From contig NC_068988.1 of assembly GCF_001194135.2 (NCBI RefSeq), positions 51,269,466 through 51,309,695 of the forward strand: a stretch of DNA of 40,230 nt. The letters are read 5' to 3'. This document shows, one piece after another, positions 23,942-36,205 of this stretch; the first letter of the stretch is position 1, and every line of letters starts with the position of its first letter. The position numbers were made by a program, and so were the translations under genes. The notes beneath the pieces were generated by a model, which worked only from the letters and a program-made list of their open reading frames with translations, did no database searches and was not told the origin of the DNA. This DNA is from Octopus bimaculoides. Its lineage: Eukaryota.

Positions 23942-24880
23942 TTAAGGTGTTCCAAAAATATGCATACGTACTTTTAGTCACTTAATTTTCAATTCCTTTT
24001 AAATTTAACTTATTAGAAATAATGAAAGGAAACAGACTAACCTTTTGACAAAGGAAATTTATTTTAATGTGTTACTGGAAGACTGAAAACGTAGTCGAAG
24101 TGCAACGTCAGTGTAGGATGAAGTTTCAAACAGATCCACCAATGCGACTAAGTTAGAGGTAGATGAAGCTGAACGTCCGCAAGAAACGTTCCGGAAGACT
24201 GCGGGCAATGAGGATCCCTCTAAAGCAAGAAATGATACTAGAAATATTGTTGTTGTTGATGGCACTCCGTCGGTTTCGACGTCGAGGGTTCCAGTTGATC
24301 CGATCAACAGAACAGCCTGCTCGTGAAATTAACGTGCAAGTGGCTGAGCACAACACAGACACGTGTACTCTTAACATAGTTCTCGAGGATATTCAGCGTG
24401 ACATAGTGTGACAAGGCTGACCCTTTGAATTACAGGCACAAAAGAAACAGGAAGTAAGAGTGAGAGAGTACAGCAGGGTCCGCCACCATCGCCTGCCGGA
24501 GCCTTGTAGAGCTTTAGGTGTTTTCGCTCAATAAACACTCACAACGCCCGGTCTGGGAATCGAAACCGCGATCCTATGACCGCGAGTCCGCTGCCCTAAT
24601 CACTGGGCCATTGCGCCTCCACAATAGAAATATATTACCAGGTTAAAACAATTTGTGCGATAAGCCACTTGTGAGATAAGTATTCCAAAAACCAAGCGAC
24701 CATCGCATTTTGAAGGACTGTGGCTGGAAAAGTTACATTCCAAGAATGAAGATGAAAGAATCTTGCGAGTGGTAAATAGCAACATGTTTAGAAGATGCAC
24801 GCTTTCCAACAAAGTGTAGTCGGGGTGATGAGGTTACATTGAAATTAAATGGCTCAATTAACAGACGTTCATAAACATGA
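23942..24880 (+). pseudogene. Decayed mariner-like (Tc1/mariner superfamily, DUF4817-type N-terminus) transposase, interrupted by SINE C
   Basis: TIR-like aaggtgttccaaaaatatgcatacg at 23944. From 24022 the translation is MKGNRLTF*QRKFILMCYWKTENVVEVQRQCRMKFQTDPP, then NVRKKRSGRLR. After the SINE, across frameshifts: VR*ATCEISIPKT / HRILKDCGWKSYIPR / [35 protein letters not shown], equivalent to WSDEAxFxLNGxxNRHN around the first catalytic Asp. Confidence 0.8.
24248..24622 (-). mobile_element. Full-length tRNA-derived SINE family C with (AAC)n tail and TSD
   Basis: Minus-strand head gtggaggcgcaatggcccagtgattagggcagcggactcgcggtcataggatcgcggtttcgattccc (A and B boxes). Tail caacaacaacaa. Flanking direct repeat tagaaatat at 24239-24247 and 24625-24633 (11 bp with one mismatch). 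Confidence 0.9.
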
Positions 24881-24974
24881 AATTCTGTTTGTAGATTCTG
24901 GCAAATTTTGAAAATGAAATTCATTTTAATAAACACTGATTTTATAATCATTCAATGCTTATATATATGTGTGT

Positions 24975-25346
24975 GTGTGGTAAGTAGGTTGCTTACCAGC
25001 CACATGGTTCTGGGTTCAGTCCCACTGCGTGGCATCTTGGGCAGGTGTCTTCTACTATAGCCTCGGGTCGACCAAAGCCTTATGAGTGGATTTTGGGAGA
25101 CGGAAACTAAAAGAAGCCCGTCGTATATATATATATGTTTGTGTGTCTATGTCTGCACCTCCCCCCATAATCGCTTGACAACCGATGCTGGTGTATTTAC
25201 GTCTCCGTAACTTAGCGGTTCAGCATAATAGATCGATAGAATAAGTACTAAGCTTACAAAGAATAAGTCCTAGGGTCGATTTATTCGACTAAAGGCGGTG
25301 CTCCAGCATGACCGCAGTCAAATGACTGAAACAAATAAAAGAAAGA
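24975..25346 (+). mobile_element. Near-full-length SINE family B
   Basis: tRNA-like head (tggtaagtagg...gggttcagtccc), then gcatcttgggcaggtgtcttctactatagcc (CORE-like), an internal (TA)n, and tail aaaggcggtgctccagcatgaccgcagtcaaatgactgaaacaa. Confidence 0.9.
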
Positions 25347-25569
25347 ATATATATATATATATANNNNNNNNNNNNNNNNNNNNNNNNNNNNNNNNNNNNN
25401 NNNNNNNNNNNNNNNNNNNNNNNNNNNNNNNNNNNNNNNNNNNNNNNNNNNNNNNNNNNNNNNNNNNNNNNNNNNNNNNNNNNNCTAAAGAATAGACACA
25501 AAATAGACACAAAATGTGATCTATTTCTAGCACATTAATTGTCCACGTTAGTGGTCAACGTTATATATA

Positions 25570-25643
<74 letters not shown>

Positions 25644-26201
25644 AACAGACAGAGAGAGACAGAAAGAGAGAGACAGAGAGAGAGAGACAGAGAGAGAGAA
25701 TGACAGAAAGAAACGGTATAGAGGAAGAAGGAATACAGGAAATATAGTCTGCGAGGGGGGAAAGGTGTTGGTTATGTGGGCGGGGTGATAGAGAATGAGG
25801 AATGAGGTAGTTACAAGGTTTCTATCGTCGAATAGTTAAAAATGAGTTTGGCGCTTCAGAGTTGTCGTTAGTAATATAACTTGTGGAAATTTCTATGTCA
25901 AAGAAATTTAATAAATATTGAGAATAATATATTGTAAATGTTTCACAACAAATAAATTACCTTTTGGTGAGTGTGTAAGGTGATGATGAGAAGAAGAAGG
26001 AGGAGAAAGCTAAGAGTTAAAGTGGAGAAGACAAATTAGTTTGGGTGACAAAGAATGGAAATGAAAATTTGAAAATTATGAAGTCGGCAGCGAAAAGAAA
26101 ATCTGGCTGTCGAAATCATAACGAACGGTCTAAACTACGCGTGCATGCATACACACACACATCCATACATGCATGCATTTATAGGTATGTCTGTATGTAC
26201 A

Positions 26202-26236
<35 letters not shown>

Positions 26237-26257
26237 GGTTTTTCTTACACATGAGTC

Positions 26258-26360
26258 AAGAATGTAGTTGACAATCACTTTGAAGTTCCGGGGCCAACCA
26301 AGCCATTGTCGAACTGCCGACGATGGCTTATTTGGCAAAGTTACTGTCGACAACATTCTT
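26258..26360. repeat. 103-bp imperfect palindrome (foldback)
   Basis: Inner stem 17/19 paired with a 6-nt loop; outer stem 21/24 paired (G-U counted); 11-nt bulge on the left arm. Confidence 0.85.
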
Positions 26361-26504
26361 CTGTAAGAATAATATGAGAATAACAAATTAATAAATTTGT
26401 ACTCTACAATTGTATAGAGTAATCCATCACATCAGTGCAAAATTGTTTTATTATAATTAAACATAAACCAAACATTGATATATGTGTGTATATACATATA
26501 TGTA

Positions 26505-26535
<31 letters not shown>

Positions 26536-27033
26536 GTGTATTTGTGTGTGTGTGTGTGTGTGTGTGTATACTATTGTAGCACCTGTCTAAAAAGACAGAG
26601 TTCAATGTTTTGGCACAAGACTTGTTTCATTTTCTGGTTTCATTTTATCTTCTATAATTCTTTTTACCTTTTACCCTCACACCCTCTTTTTCATTATTCT
26701 CACTGATTCACGCTTATACTTCATTATTTTCTTCCTCCTCACAAATTCCCCCCTCTCTCTCTTTCTTTCTTTCTCTTCCTCACTCACTCTCTCTGTCTTT
26801 CTCTGTCTCTCTCTATAATACATTTTTCTTCCGCTNNNNNNNNNNNNNNNNNNNNNNNNNNNNNNNNNNNNNNNNNNNNNNNNNNNNNNNNNNNNNNNNN
26901 NNNNNNNNNNNNNNNNNNNNNNNNNNNNNNNNNNNNNNNNNNNNNNNNNNNNNNNNNNNNNNNNNNNNNCTGACAAAAATGGTATCAGGCTTCGTAAGCA
27001 AATGCGCAAGTATTACAATTTACACACTCTGTG

Positions 27034-27390
27034 AAGGCGACGAGCTGGCAGAATCGTTAGCACTCCGGGCGAAATGCTTAGCGCTATTTCGTCTGCCGTT
27101 ACGTTCTGAGTTCAAATTCCGCCGAGGTCGATTTTGCCTTTCATCCTTTCGGGGTCGATAAATTAAGTACCAGTTACGCACTGGGGTCGATGTAATCGAC
27201 TTAATCCCTTTGTCTGTCCTTGTTTGTCCCCTCTATGTTTAGCCCCTTGTGGGCAATAAAGAAATAAGAAACGTTAGCACGCCTTTTTGGGTCGATAAAT
27301 TAAGCATCGGTTACATACTGGGGACGATCTAATCGACTGGCTCCCTCCCCAAAAATTTCGAACCTTGTTCCTTAGTTTAGAAAAGAAGAA
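27034..27390 (+). mobile_element. SINE family A composite: full unit with tail 1 plus an internally deleted unit with tail 2
   Basis: Head aaggcgacgagctggcagaatcgttagc, B-box gagttcaaattcc, tail 1 ending gggcaataaagaaataagaa, then acgttagcacgcc, a deletion, the core and tail 2. Confidence 0.9.
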
Positions 27391-28270
27391 TTTACACATT
27401 CTGGGTATCAACACAGGCAGAAATGACGAATGCACACGATAAACAACATATACATGTGTGTCCGTATATACAACCATATATGTGCGCGTATGTGTGTATG
27501 TCTGTGTAGTATATATGTAAGTGTATATACGTATGTCTGTGTGTATGCACATGTGTATGTGTGTGTTTGTGTTTGTATGTACATATTTGTGTATGCGTGA
27601 GTGTACGTGCGTATGCATGTATGATGTGCGTGTGTGTACATGTGTGTGTGTCAGTGCGTGTAGATGGCTAAATATATGAATTAAAATGTGTGACTGTGCA
27701 TGTGTGTGTGTGTGTGTGTGTGTGTGTCTATGCGTGTGTATGCGCGTGCGCATGTGTGTATGTATGTGCGTGTGTCTGTATTGTCTATGTGTGTTTGCGC
27801 GCGCATGTGTTTGTAAACTAGGCCCGGGGTCGACTCATATTATGAGTAAAATTGTTTAGCCGGAGACTGTATTGAAACCTGTCATGTGAACTGTTCCTAT
27901 AACTCAAAAAGTACAGAACTTGTCAGTCGTATTGTCTTACGCTATTTCTGACTGAAAATTACGTCAAGCGACACTAGTTGTCTGTGGAACTCTCAACGAC
28001 TTCCATCTTATTTCATTGAGCATGTAAATCATTTACATTGAGTAACTGAATTACATTAAGGGCACACTTATCTGTGCAATCCAAAGCCACATACTCAATA
28101 ATTCAATGAGCAATTCAGTTGATCACACCACTGAGTACTCGTCGTCGATACACACAGGAATAATACATACATACAAGCACGGACAGAGAGTTAGATAGAC
28201 AGAGAAAGAGAGAGATAGACAGACATGCAGAGAGACAAGAAGACAGGCACAGACAAATAGAGAGAAAAAA

Positions 28271-28308
<38 letters not shown>

Positions 28309-29574
28309 CATACTAATAATGCCAAGTTCTGATTTAGCTGGGTTAATAAGCCTACACTCTCACACTGATAAATACACTTACATACACACACACACATACA
28401 TACATACATACATACATACATACATACATACATACATACATACATACATACAGAGAGAGAGACAGAGAGAGACAGACAGTAATTCATATATACGTACATA
28501 AATATATATAGATATACATTAGAAATCCGCCTTGACGTAACCCAACAACAACACCTATCCCAACAACTGTAGCATTTAAATTCCTAACGACCTGACACTA
28601 ATAACGAGCTAAGACCTTGATTCAATTAGATATATGACATTTATAATCCTTTAATCATTAAATTAAAAAGAAAACTCGATCTAGCCCTACTGCAGACAAT
28701 GGAAGAACCCTACCAAATCTTGGAGTACATTTTGGGATAGTGTTGAAATTCTGAAAGACATAAAACTGCAAAAAAAAGACCAAATCAGAAAGGAAAACGT
28801 ACAAAAAACATCCTAAAGAGCACACTTAAAACAGAATTGTTTAAATGTACATAGACATCAATCATTACCGGTTCTGTCTTTCCATTTATATATATATATA
28901 TATATATATATNNNNNNNNNNNNNNNNNNNNNNNNNNNNNNNNNNNNNNNNNNNNNNNNNNNNNNNNNNNNNNNNNNNNNNNNNNNNNNNNNNNNNNNNN
29001 NNNNNNNNNNNNNNNNNNNNNNNNNNNNNNNNNNNNNNNNNNNNNNNNNNNNNNNNNNNNNNNNNNNNNNNNNNNNNNNNNNNNNNNNNNNNNNNNNNNN
29101 NNNNNNNNNNNNNNNNNNNNNNNNNNNNNNNNNNNNNNNNNNNNNNNNNNNNNNNNNNNNNNNNNNNNNNNNNNNNNNNNNNNNNNNNNNNNNNNNNNNN
29201 NNNNNNNNNNNNNNNNNNNNNNNNNNNNNNNNNNNNNNNNNNNNNNNNNNNNNNNNNNNNNNNNNNNNNNNNNNNNNNNNNNNNNNNNNNNNNNNNNNNN
29301 NNNNNNNNNNNNNNNNNNNNNNNNNNNNNNNNNNNNNNNNNNNNNNNNNNNNNNNNNNNNNNNNNNNNNNNNNNNNNNNNNNNNNNNNNNNNNNNNNNNN
29401 NNNNNNNNNNNNNNNNNNNNNNNNNNNNNNNNNNNNNNNNNNNNNNNNNNNNNNNNNNNNNNNNNNNNNNNNNNNNNNNNNNNNNNNNCGACTTATTCTT
29501 CCGCCTTCGTCTTATACCTCACTAAAATGCATATTTTTATGAAAGTCCTTCCCGGAAAATGTTTTATGGGCTTG

Positions 29575-30830
29575 AATTGGTATCATTCTGATATATATAT
29601 GGATCAAAAGCCCCTGCTAACGTACAGCCAATAAGAAGCACCCAAAATCTCTCCAAGCTAAATTTTCATAAAGCAAACTGGAAGTTGATTGAGAAAGAGA
29701 TCCTCAAACAGGATCACCTAAACATCACTCCACACCAGACGCTGACATGAAACACAAACATTCACACATTTCATGTCCATAATGCAAGCCATATGTGAAA
29801 AATCTGTCCCAGAGCGCAGGGTCAACCTTCACAAAAACAGGATCCCTAGGGAAAGGAAGATTCTTATGAGACGACGGACGGCCAAAGATTTCGAACCGCC
29901 TGAGCAAGCACCCCAAAAGTGGTGAGAAGTCTCGCTTTGAGTGAGCGCTGCTGGAGATCGAGAAAAGTCTGCATCAATCTCACGAAAAGGAGAGAGCAGA
30001 TAAGAAAGCTTGGGTTATAGAAAATATCAAGTTTAACCCTAATGCTTTCTTTAACTTTACCAAAGAAACAGACCCAGTACACCAGAAGATGGCTCCCTCA
30101 CAGGAAATCTTATGAGGATAAGTGAGATACTGAACGAACAGTTCTAAAGCATGCTCACTACACCTCTGGGATACAAGAAAGTGAACAAACCAGCAGAATT
30201 ATTTGCCACTTCACTTGTAACCAAAATGCGAAAATTTATTACATCAACATTAAAGATGTAACACTGGTCATAGATGAGGTTGACACAAACTAAGCTGCTG
30301 GCCCTTGTGGATTCCCAGCGGTCCTTCTCAAATCGTGCAAACGAGCCCTTGCAAAACGACTGCAGTTTCTTTTTCAGAGCTTTCTTGCAAGTGGTAGTAA
30401 TATGCCCCTATCTATAAGGGAGGAATATGCCCTTATCTATAAGGGAGGAAGCAGAGCAGATGCTAAAAATTATAAGCCTATATCTCTGACCTCACACATC
30501 AACAAAGTCATGGAACGAATAGTCCGCTAGAAACTAATCGCGTTCCTCGAAGAAAATGAATTGCTGATTGACACCCAGCATGGATTTCGACCGGGTAGAA
30601 GCTGCCTAACACAGCTCTTGCAACATTACGACTGGATGTTAAAACAGCTGCTAATGACACAAGTATGGATGAGATATACCTCGACTTTGCAAAAGCCTTA
30701 GATAAAGTCGACCATGGTATGATATGTCACAAACTGCGTGATCTCGGCATAGGCAGAAAACTTGAAGAGTGGATGCACGACTTTCTAAAAGATAGACGTT
30801 AGGCAGTGGTGGCCAATGGAGCCACTTCAA
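29575..30830 (+). pseudogene. Decayed non-LTR retrotransposon ORF2 (CR1/L2-group LINE reverse transcriptase), internal fragment
   Basis: Translated motifs across stops and frameshifts: LNFHKANWKLIEKEIL, IPRERKILMRRR, IENIKFNPNAFFNFTK, ICPIYKGG-like segment followed by SRADAKNYKPISLTSHINKVMERIVR, QHGFRPGRSCLTQLL, IYLDFAKALDKVDHG...WMHDFLKDRR*AVVANG. Ends before the SGVPQG motif. Confidence 0.92.
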
Positions 30831-31636
30831 CGGAAAATTTTTTTCACCAAATAATTGAACTACTTAGAAGGTTTACGAGTAGCACGGCAATCTATGTTTC
30901 CGATTAACCTAGGAACGGAAAATGAAATTGAAGGTTGGTTATCATAGAACATATAAGTTTACAAACGTTGCAAAGTAGAGCTACTGAAGTGTTTTAGGAG
31001 TAGATTACGGATAGTGACTACAAAATATAGTTGTTTTACATAAAAGCGAAATTTCTTGTCAGAAACAGCCACATAAATGGTGCAAGGAAATTGAAGGAAG
31101 ATGTCGAAACTTCCTCTCTGCGAGTTTATTTTAATCAACAGCAAAGGGAGCTATTTTTTCGGGGAGATAAGCTACTAAAGCCCCTTTATCCTGTCTTCCC
31201 ACATAGCCTGCGCATAAAATAACAGCGTATGCCGCATAAAGTTAAATTGGTATGGAGCTTTCTGATAGATACGTATAGCTTTCGCTAGTGGAAGCAAAAC
31301 ACTTATTTTAAGGTTGATTCTTTGGGACGAATCATGTGATTGTTTAAAAAGAGCTAGAACGACAATGCTAAAACGCATTTGAAACAATAGACAAAAATCG
31401 AAATATCATAATGGATGGGTAAATAAGCATCCTTAAAGTGAAACAGCGGTATCAAAGGTAAACAGAGGTATCAACAAATAGAAGAGAGGGAAGGGATCAT
31501 CACTTTTCAAGTAACTCAGAATAGGTAAAGGTAAGCTTGCCAAAGTTTAATGCTGTTTAAATATGTAGATTAAGATAGTTTGGTATTGGATATTCATTGC
31601 GTACAGTGTTCCTAGTCAATTGAATCACCGTCGTAG

Positions 31637-32024
31637 GTGGACAGCGGAAATAAATAGAGAAATCCTTTCACTTTTATAAAATGATTAAAAAAGTTTGGAA
31701 GACCCTACATACAAAAAAACTATGTCCATTTACATCCAATTACGCGGGAGCTCCGGGCAAAATGTTATAGTGGACAATGGAAATAAATATATAAACAAAA
31801 TCCTTTCACTTTTATAAAAAGATTTAAAAAGTATGGAAAACTCTACACACAAAAAATAACTACGTCCATTTAAGCGGGATCTCTGGACAAAATATTATAG
31901 TGCAATACCATTCTCGGGACATAAGTAATGTGTGCGTAAAGTTTGGTGAAAACCGGTTGAAAATTGTAGAAATGTATGCGTTAGTCAGTATACACACACA
32001 TACTGCGATTTATATATACTAGAT
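31637..32024 (+). mobile_element. Possible Helentron/HINE-type non-autonomous element end with internal ~135-bp tandem duplication
   Basis: Two collinear units (aatcctttcacttttataaa at 31661 and 31799), then aagtttggtgaaaaccggttgaaa, a short (CA)n and tttatatatactagat, which resembles DINE-1/HINE-like ends (family assignment from memory). Confidence 0.35.
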
Positions 32025-32544
32025 ATATAAGCACATACATATATATGTATGTAAATATATATATATATATATATATATANNNNNNNNNNNNNNNNNNNNN
32101 NNNNNNNNNNNNNNNNNNNNNNNNNNNNNNNNNNNNNNNNNNNNNNNNNNNNNNNNNNNNNNNNNNNNNNNNNNNNNNNNNNNNNNNNNNNNNNNNNNNN
32201 NNNNNNNNNNNNNNNNNNNNNNNNNNNNNNNNNNNNNNNNNNNNNNNNNNNNNNNNNNNNNNNNNNNNNNNNNNNNNNNNNNNNNNNNNNNNNNNNNNNN
32301 NNNNNNNNNNNNNNNNNNNNNNNNNNNNNNNNNNNNNNNNNNNNNNNNNNNNNNTATATATATATATATATTTGCAGTCATTAGTATGCATATGTTCTAA
32401 CCTAACAGTAATCATAGTGGTCTCTCAAGTGTAGGAAGTGGTGGTTACAAATATCGTGGGCACTGCTTCTTTTTACAAGTTTAATAAACTCACTAAACTT
32501 CTTTCTAAATATTTACCAGTGTTTGTTGTTGTTGTGGTTGTTTT

Positions 32545-32945
32545 TTTTTGTTGTTGTAATGTAGCCCCAGGTCAGCCTTGCTTGAGCAGACTTTTGATCA
32601 AAGACTTTCCAAGCATAACAATACAGTTTTCGGGGAAGAGTTGTACAAATACCTGTTACCCTTTTCAATTTACTTGTTTTAATCATTGGACTGCAGCCAT
32701 GCTGGGCCACAACCTTGAAGAGCTTAGTCAAACAATGCAATCCTAAGGCTATAATAGAAGACATTTACCCAAGGTACCGCGCTTTGTGACTGAACCTAAA
32801 ATCTCGAGACTGCAAAACAATCTTCTGAGCCATTCAACCATACCTGCAGCTATGGTGTCTTCCAGCATGTCCTTAATTTTATAAGGCAATTTTATATGGA
32901 AATTTGACTTGCATTTCTAGCAAATTAAGCAACCACGTAGAGGCT
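32545..32945 (-). mobile_element. Family F copy with a nested, internally deleted SINE B (32655-32850, minus strand)
   Basis: F tail reverse complement gttgttgtaatgtagccccaggtcagcc. B tail reverse complement tttacttgttttaatcattggactgcagccatgctggg joined to B head reverse complement ccattcaaccatacctgc. F 5' part gcatttctagcaaattaagcaaccacgtagaggctc. Confidence 0.65.
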
Positions 32946-34518
32946 CAATAAAAGAATTGAAATATTTTCAGATCACCGCTTTCGGTGTTAGAAAATTGTT
33001 CACTGACCTAACATTATACTTTCATAAAAGTTAGTCATATAAATCCATTTGATTAAAAATTCAAATTTCTTTCAAGTGTCTTGGAAAGTTCTAGCATGAA
33101 ATCCCATGTTTTAGAAATTCAAAGTTTCTGCTGCAAATATATGTAAGGTTTCATTCCAGTTAGAATAACAAGAAATTTTTAAAAGTTTTCTTTTATTTGA
33201 TTACAATTTAGAATTTTAAGAATTGTGAAACCAATAACATCAAATTTTGGCAAATATTATTGGAAAATTTTTCAAGTTATAAGAAAAGTGCGAGGCATTC
33301 TTGCGATATAAAAACGGTATGAACAATTGATGATGTTTCATATGCAATTCCGGTCCCTGAAATATTTGTCTTGATACATACATACACACATTCACAGGCA
33401 CTTAAATACATACAAACATACATACATCATGCATACAAACAAGGACATACATATAGAGAGAGATTTACATATATATGTCTATGGGACAAGTATGTGTAAT
33501 TATATATATATATATAGATAGATCGATATAGATATGTATGTATGTATTTATATGTGTGTACGTATGCATTTATATGTATATATGCATATGTTATACATGC
33601 GGTTGTATATATATNNNNNNNNNNNNNNNNNNNNNNNNNNNNNNNNNNNNNNNNNNNNNNNNNNNNNNNNNNNNNNNNNNNNNNNNNNNNNNNNNNNNNN
33701 NNNNNNNNNNNNNNNNNNNNNNNNNNNNNNNNNNNNNNNNNNNNNNNNNNNNNNNTATATATATATATATATATTGTATATGTCATACACATCGTTATTT
33801 TAATCTAATTTATTTAATCTAATGCTGTTTCAAGTGCATATATTAATGTGTGTGTGTATGTATGTGTGTGTGGGTGGGGACTAGCTTGCTCGCTAGCTGG
33901 CAGGAGGCATAAGTATGTATGCATGTATGCGTGCGTATGTGTATGTGTATATATATATATATATATATATACACATACATACACACAGACACACACACAT
34001 ATGCACACACACATACACATATATGACTTACTAACTAGCAGTCTTTGCTTACAAATTCTCAACGTGTGATAATAATGGTGACGCGACGACGATAATGGCG
34101 GCGGCGGCGGCGGCGGTGGTGGTGTTGGTGGCAGTGGTGCCGGTACTTGTGGTGGTTATGGTGGTGGTTATGGTGGTAATAATAATTTTCAACTCGATAG
34201 CTTGACTGACTCTTTGCAAGCATGAAATATATAAAATTACCACAGTAAAATGTTGTAAACCGTGTACAAATATAATAAATGACAGAGGGAAGAGGGAGAT
34301 AAGTCCAAGTCCAATTGATTATGCAACATTTGTGCTTTTTGTCTACTTTCTTTAAATATAAAACCATTTTCAAAGAGACACTTGTCGAAATTTAGAATAT
34401 GTTTTTGAAAGAAATGCAATATTGTATCCAAAGCTTAGCCTTTAAACTCATGATTTGTTAAAGAAATTCAAATTTATATCCGCTAACGTTCATTCTATAA
34501 ATCATGCGAAAACAATGA

Positions 34519-34521
<3 letters not shown>

Positions 34522-34578
<57 letters not shown>

Positions 34579-34592
34579 TAATAATAATAATA
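34522..34592. repeat. (AAT)n microsatellite
   Basis: Direct reading. Confidence 0.95.
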
Positions 34593-35329
34593 ACCGTTTA
34601 ATTACCCTTGACTAAATTCTTTACTATTTCTTGAGGAAGGAAAATCGAAAATTTATATTAGACTTCAATTGTAGAAAGTTAGGTTTGATGTTTAAGAATC
34701 CAACGACGTATGCAAAATTTAAGTTGTTGTTGTTGTTGTTGCTGCTGTTGTAGTTTTTGCTGATGTTGTTCAGCGCCAGACGATTGTGGTTGGAAAGACC
34801 TGTGATAGGAGGCGTTCCACCTCTGATTATCCCGGATTTTTTGTATCTAATCTTCGTGTCACTTGGAAAAGACAAAAATTGATTAAAATAAAATTACAGT
34901 AGGATGTGATTTTTGGTGGGGCAATTTTGTTGCTACATGAAGCAGGACAAACAGTCATTTAGACATATAGACGATACCCGTTGATAGATTGTTTTATGCT
35001 TAACTGTAAGCCCTCACTACGAGCATCTCATATTATTCCCTGACATGGTACAGCTTAAACAACTTTGTTCAAAACTTCCTTCACAAATAAAGTGTAATGG
35101 GAGGTGAAATTTAACCGTTGTTACTTGCAAGTGGCATTAAATACGATTATTAGCTTTTATTTAACTGACCTACAATCAAAGGCAGCTTAACCATGTCTAC
35201 CCAACTTCATAGTTATGCATAGTACATCTTGGACTACGCAATCCATAATCTTCTTCACTGGTAACGTTGTGATTTGAGATGAGATTTGGAAGCTATTTCT
35301 AGCAGGTTCAGTGATTTTATACTCTCTCA

Positions 35330-35575
<246 letters not shown>

Positions 35576-36205
35576 CGCATCTCTCTGGTTCGTTTATGCA
35601 TAGTTTTAGCATGATGTCGCTTGATCCGTTTTGGCTTGTCAATTGATCTTTATTTGAAAAATGTCTCGATGTCAACAACCACAATTTATTGTATGGCTGA
35701 ACGAATAGTCAATGAAACCTCTAGAAGGCCCGCGAGATCACATGTAGTGAATATTGCATATTTTCTTCATGTGATGTATTTGAGATCCATCTTCCTNNNN
35801 NNNNNNNNNNNNNNNNNNNNNNNNNNNNNNNNNNNNNNNNNNNNNNNNNNNNNNNNNNNNNNNNNNNNNNNNNNNNNNNNNNNNNNNNNNNNNNNNNNNN
35901 NNNNNNNNNNNNNNNNNNNNNNNNNNNNNNNNNNNNNNNNNNNNNNNNNNNNNNNNNNNNNNNNNNNNNNNNNNNNNNNNNNNNNNNNNNNNNNNNNNNN
36001 NNNNNNNNNNNNNNNNNNNNNNNNNNNNNNNNNNNNNNNNNNNNNNNNNNNNNNNNNNNNNNNNNNNNNNNNNNNNNNNNNNNNNNNNNNNNNNNNNNNN
36101 NNNNNNNNNNNNNNNNNNNNNNNNNNNNNNNNNNNNNNNNNNNNNNNNNNNNNNNNNNNNNNNNNNNNNNNNNNNNNNNNNNNNNNNNTATATATATATA
36201 TATAT

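Noticed and set aside
24545-24622. tRNA-like sequences here and at 8728, 24975 and 27034
   Set aside because: They continue into SINE bodies and lack complete cloverleaf pairing, so they are SINE heads rather than tRNA genes.
28680-28860. PYC...E.IL..C pattern suggestive of a LINE C-terminal zinc knuckle
   Set aside because: It needs a frameshift, lacks the His, and lies upstream of the RT fragment.
34082-34225. Gly-rich reading GGGGGGGGGVGGSGAGTCGGYGGGYGG, reminiscent of cephalopod structural proteins
   Set aside because: There is an in-frame stop at 34079, no start codon or splice acceptor, and the sequence is explained by drifting GGC/GGT/AAT triplet repeats.
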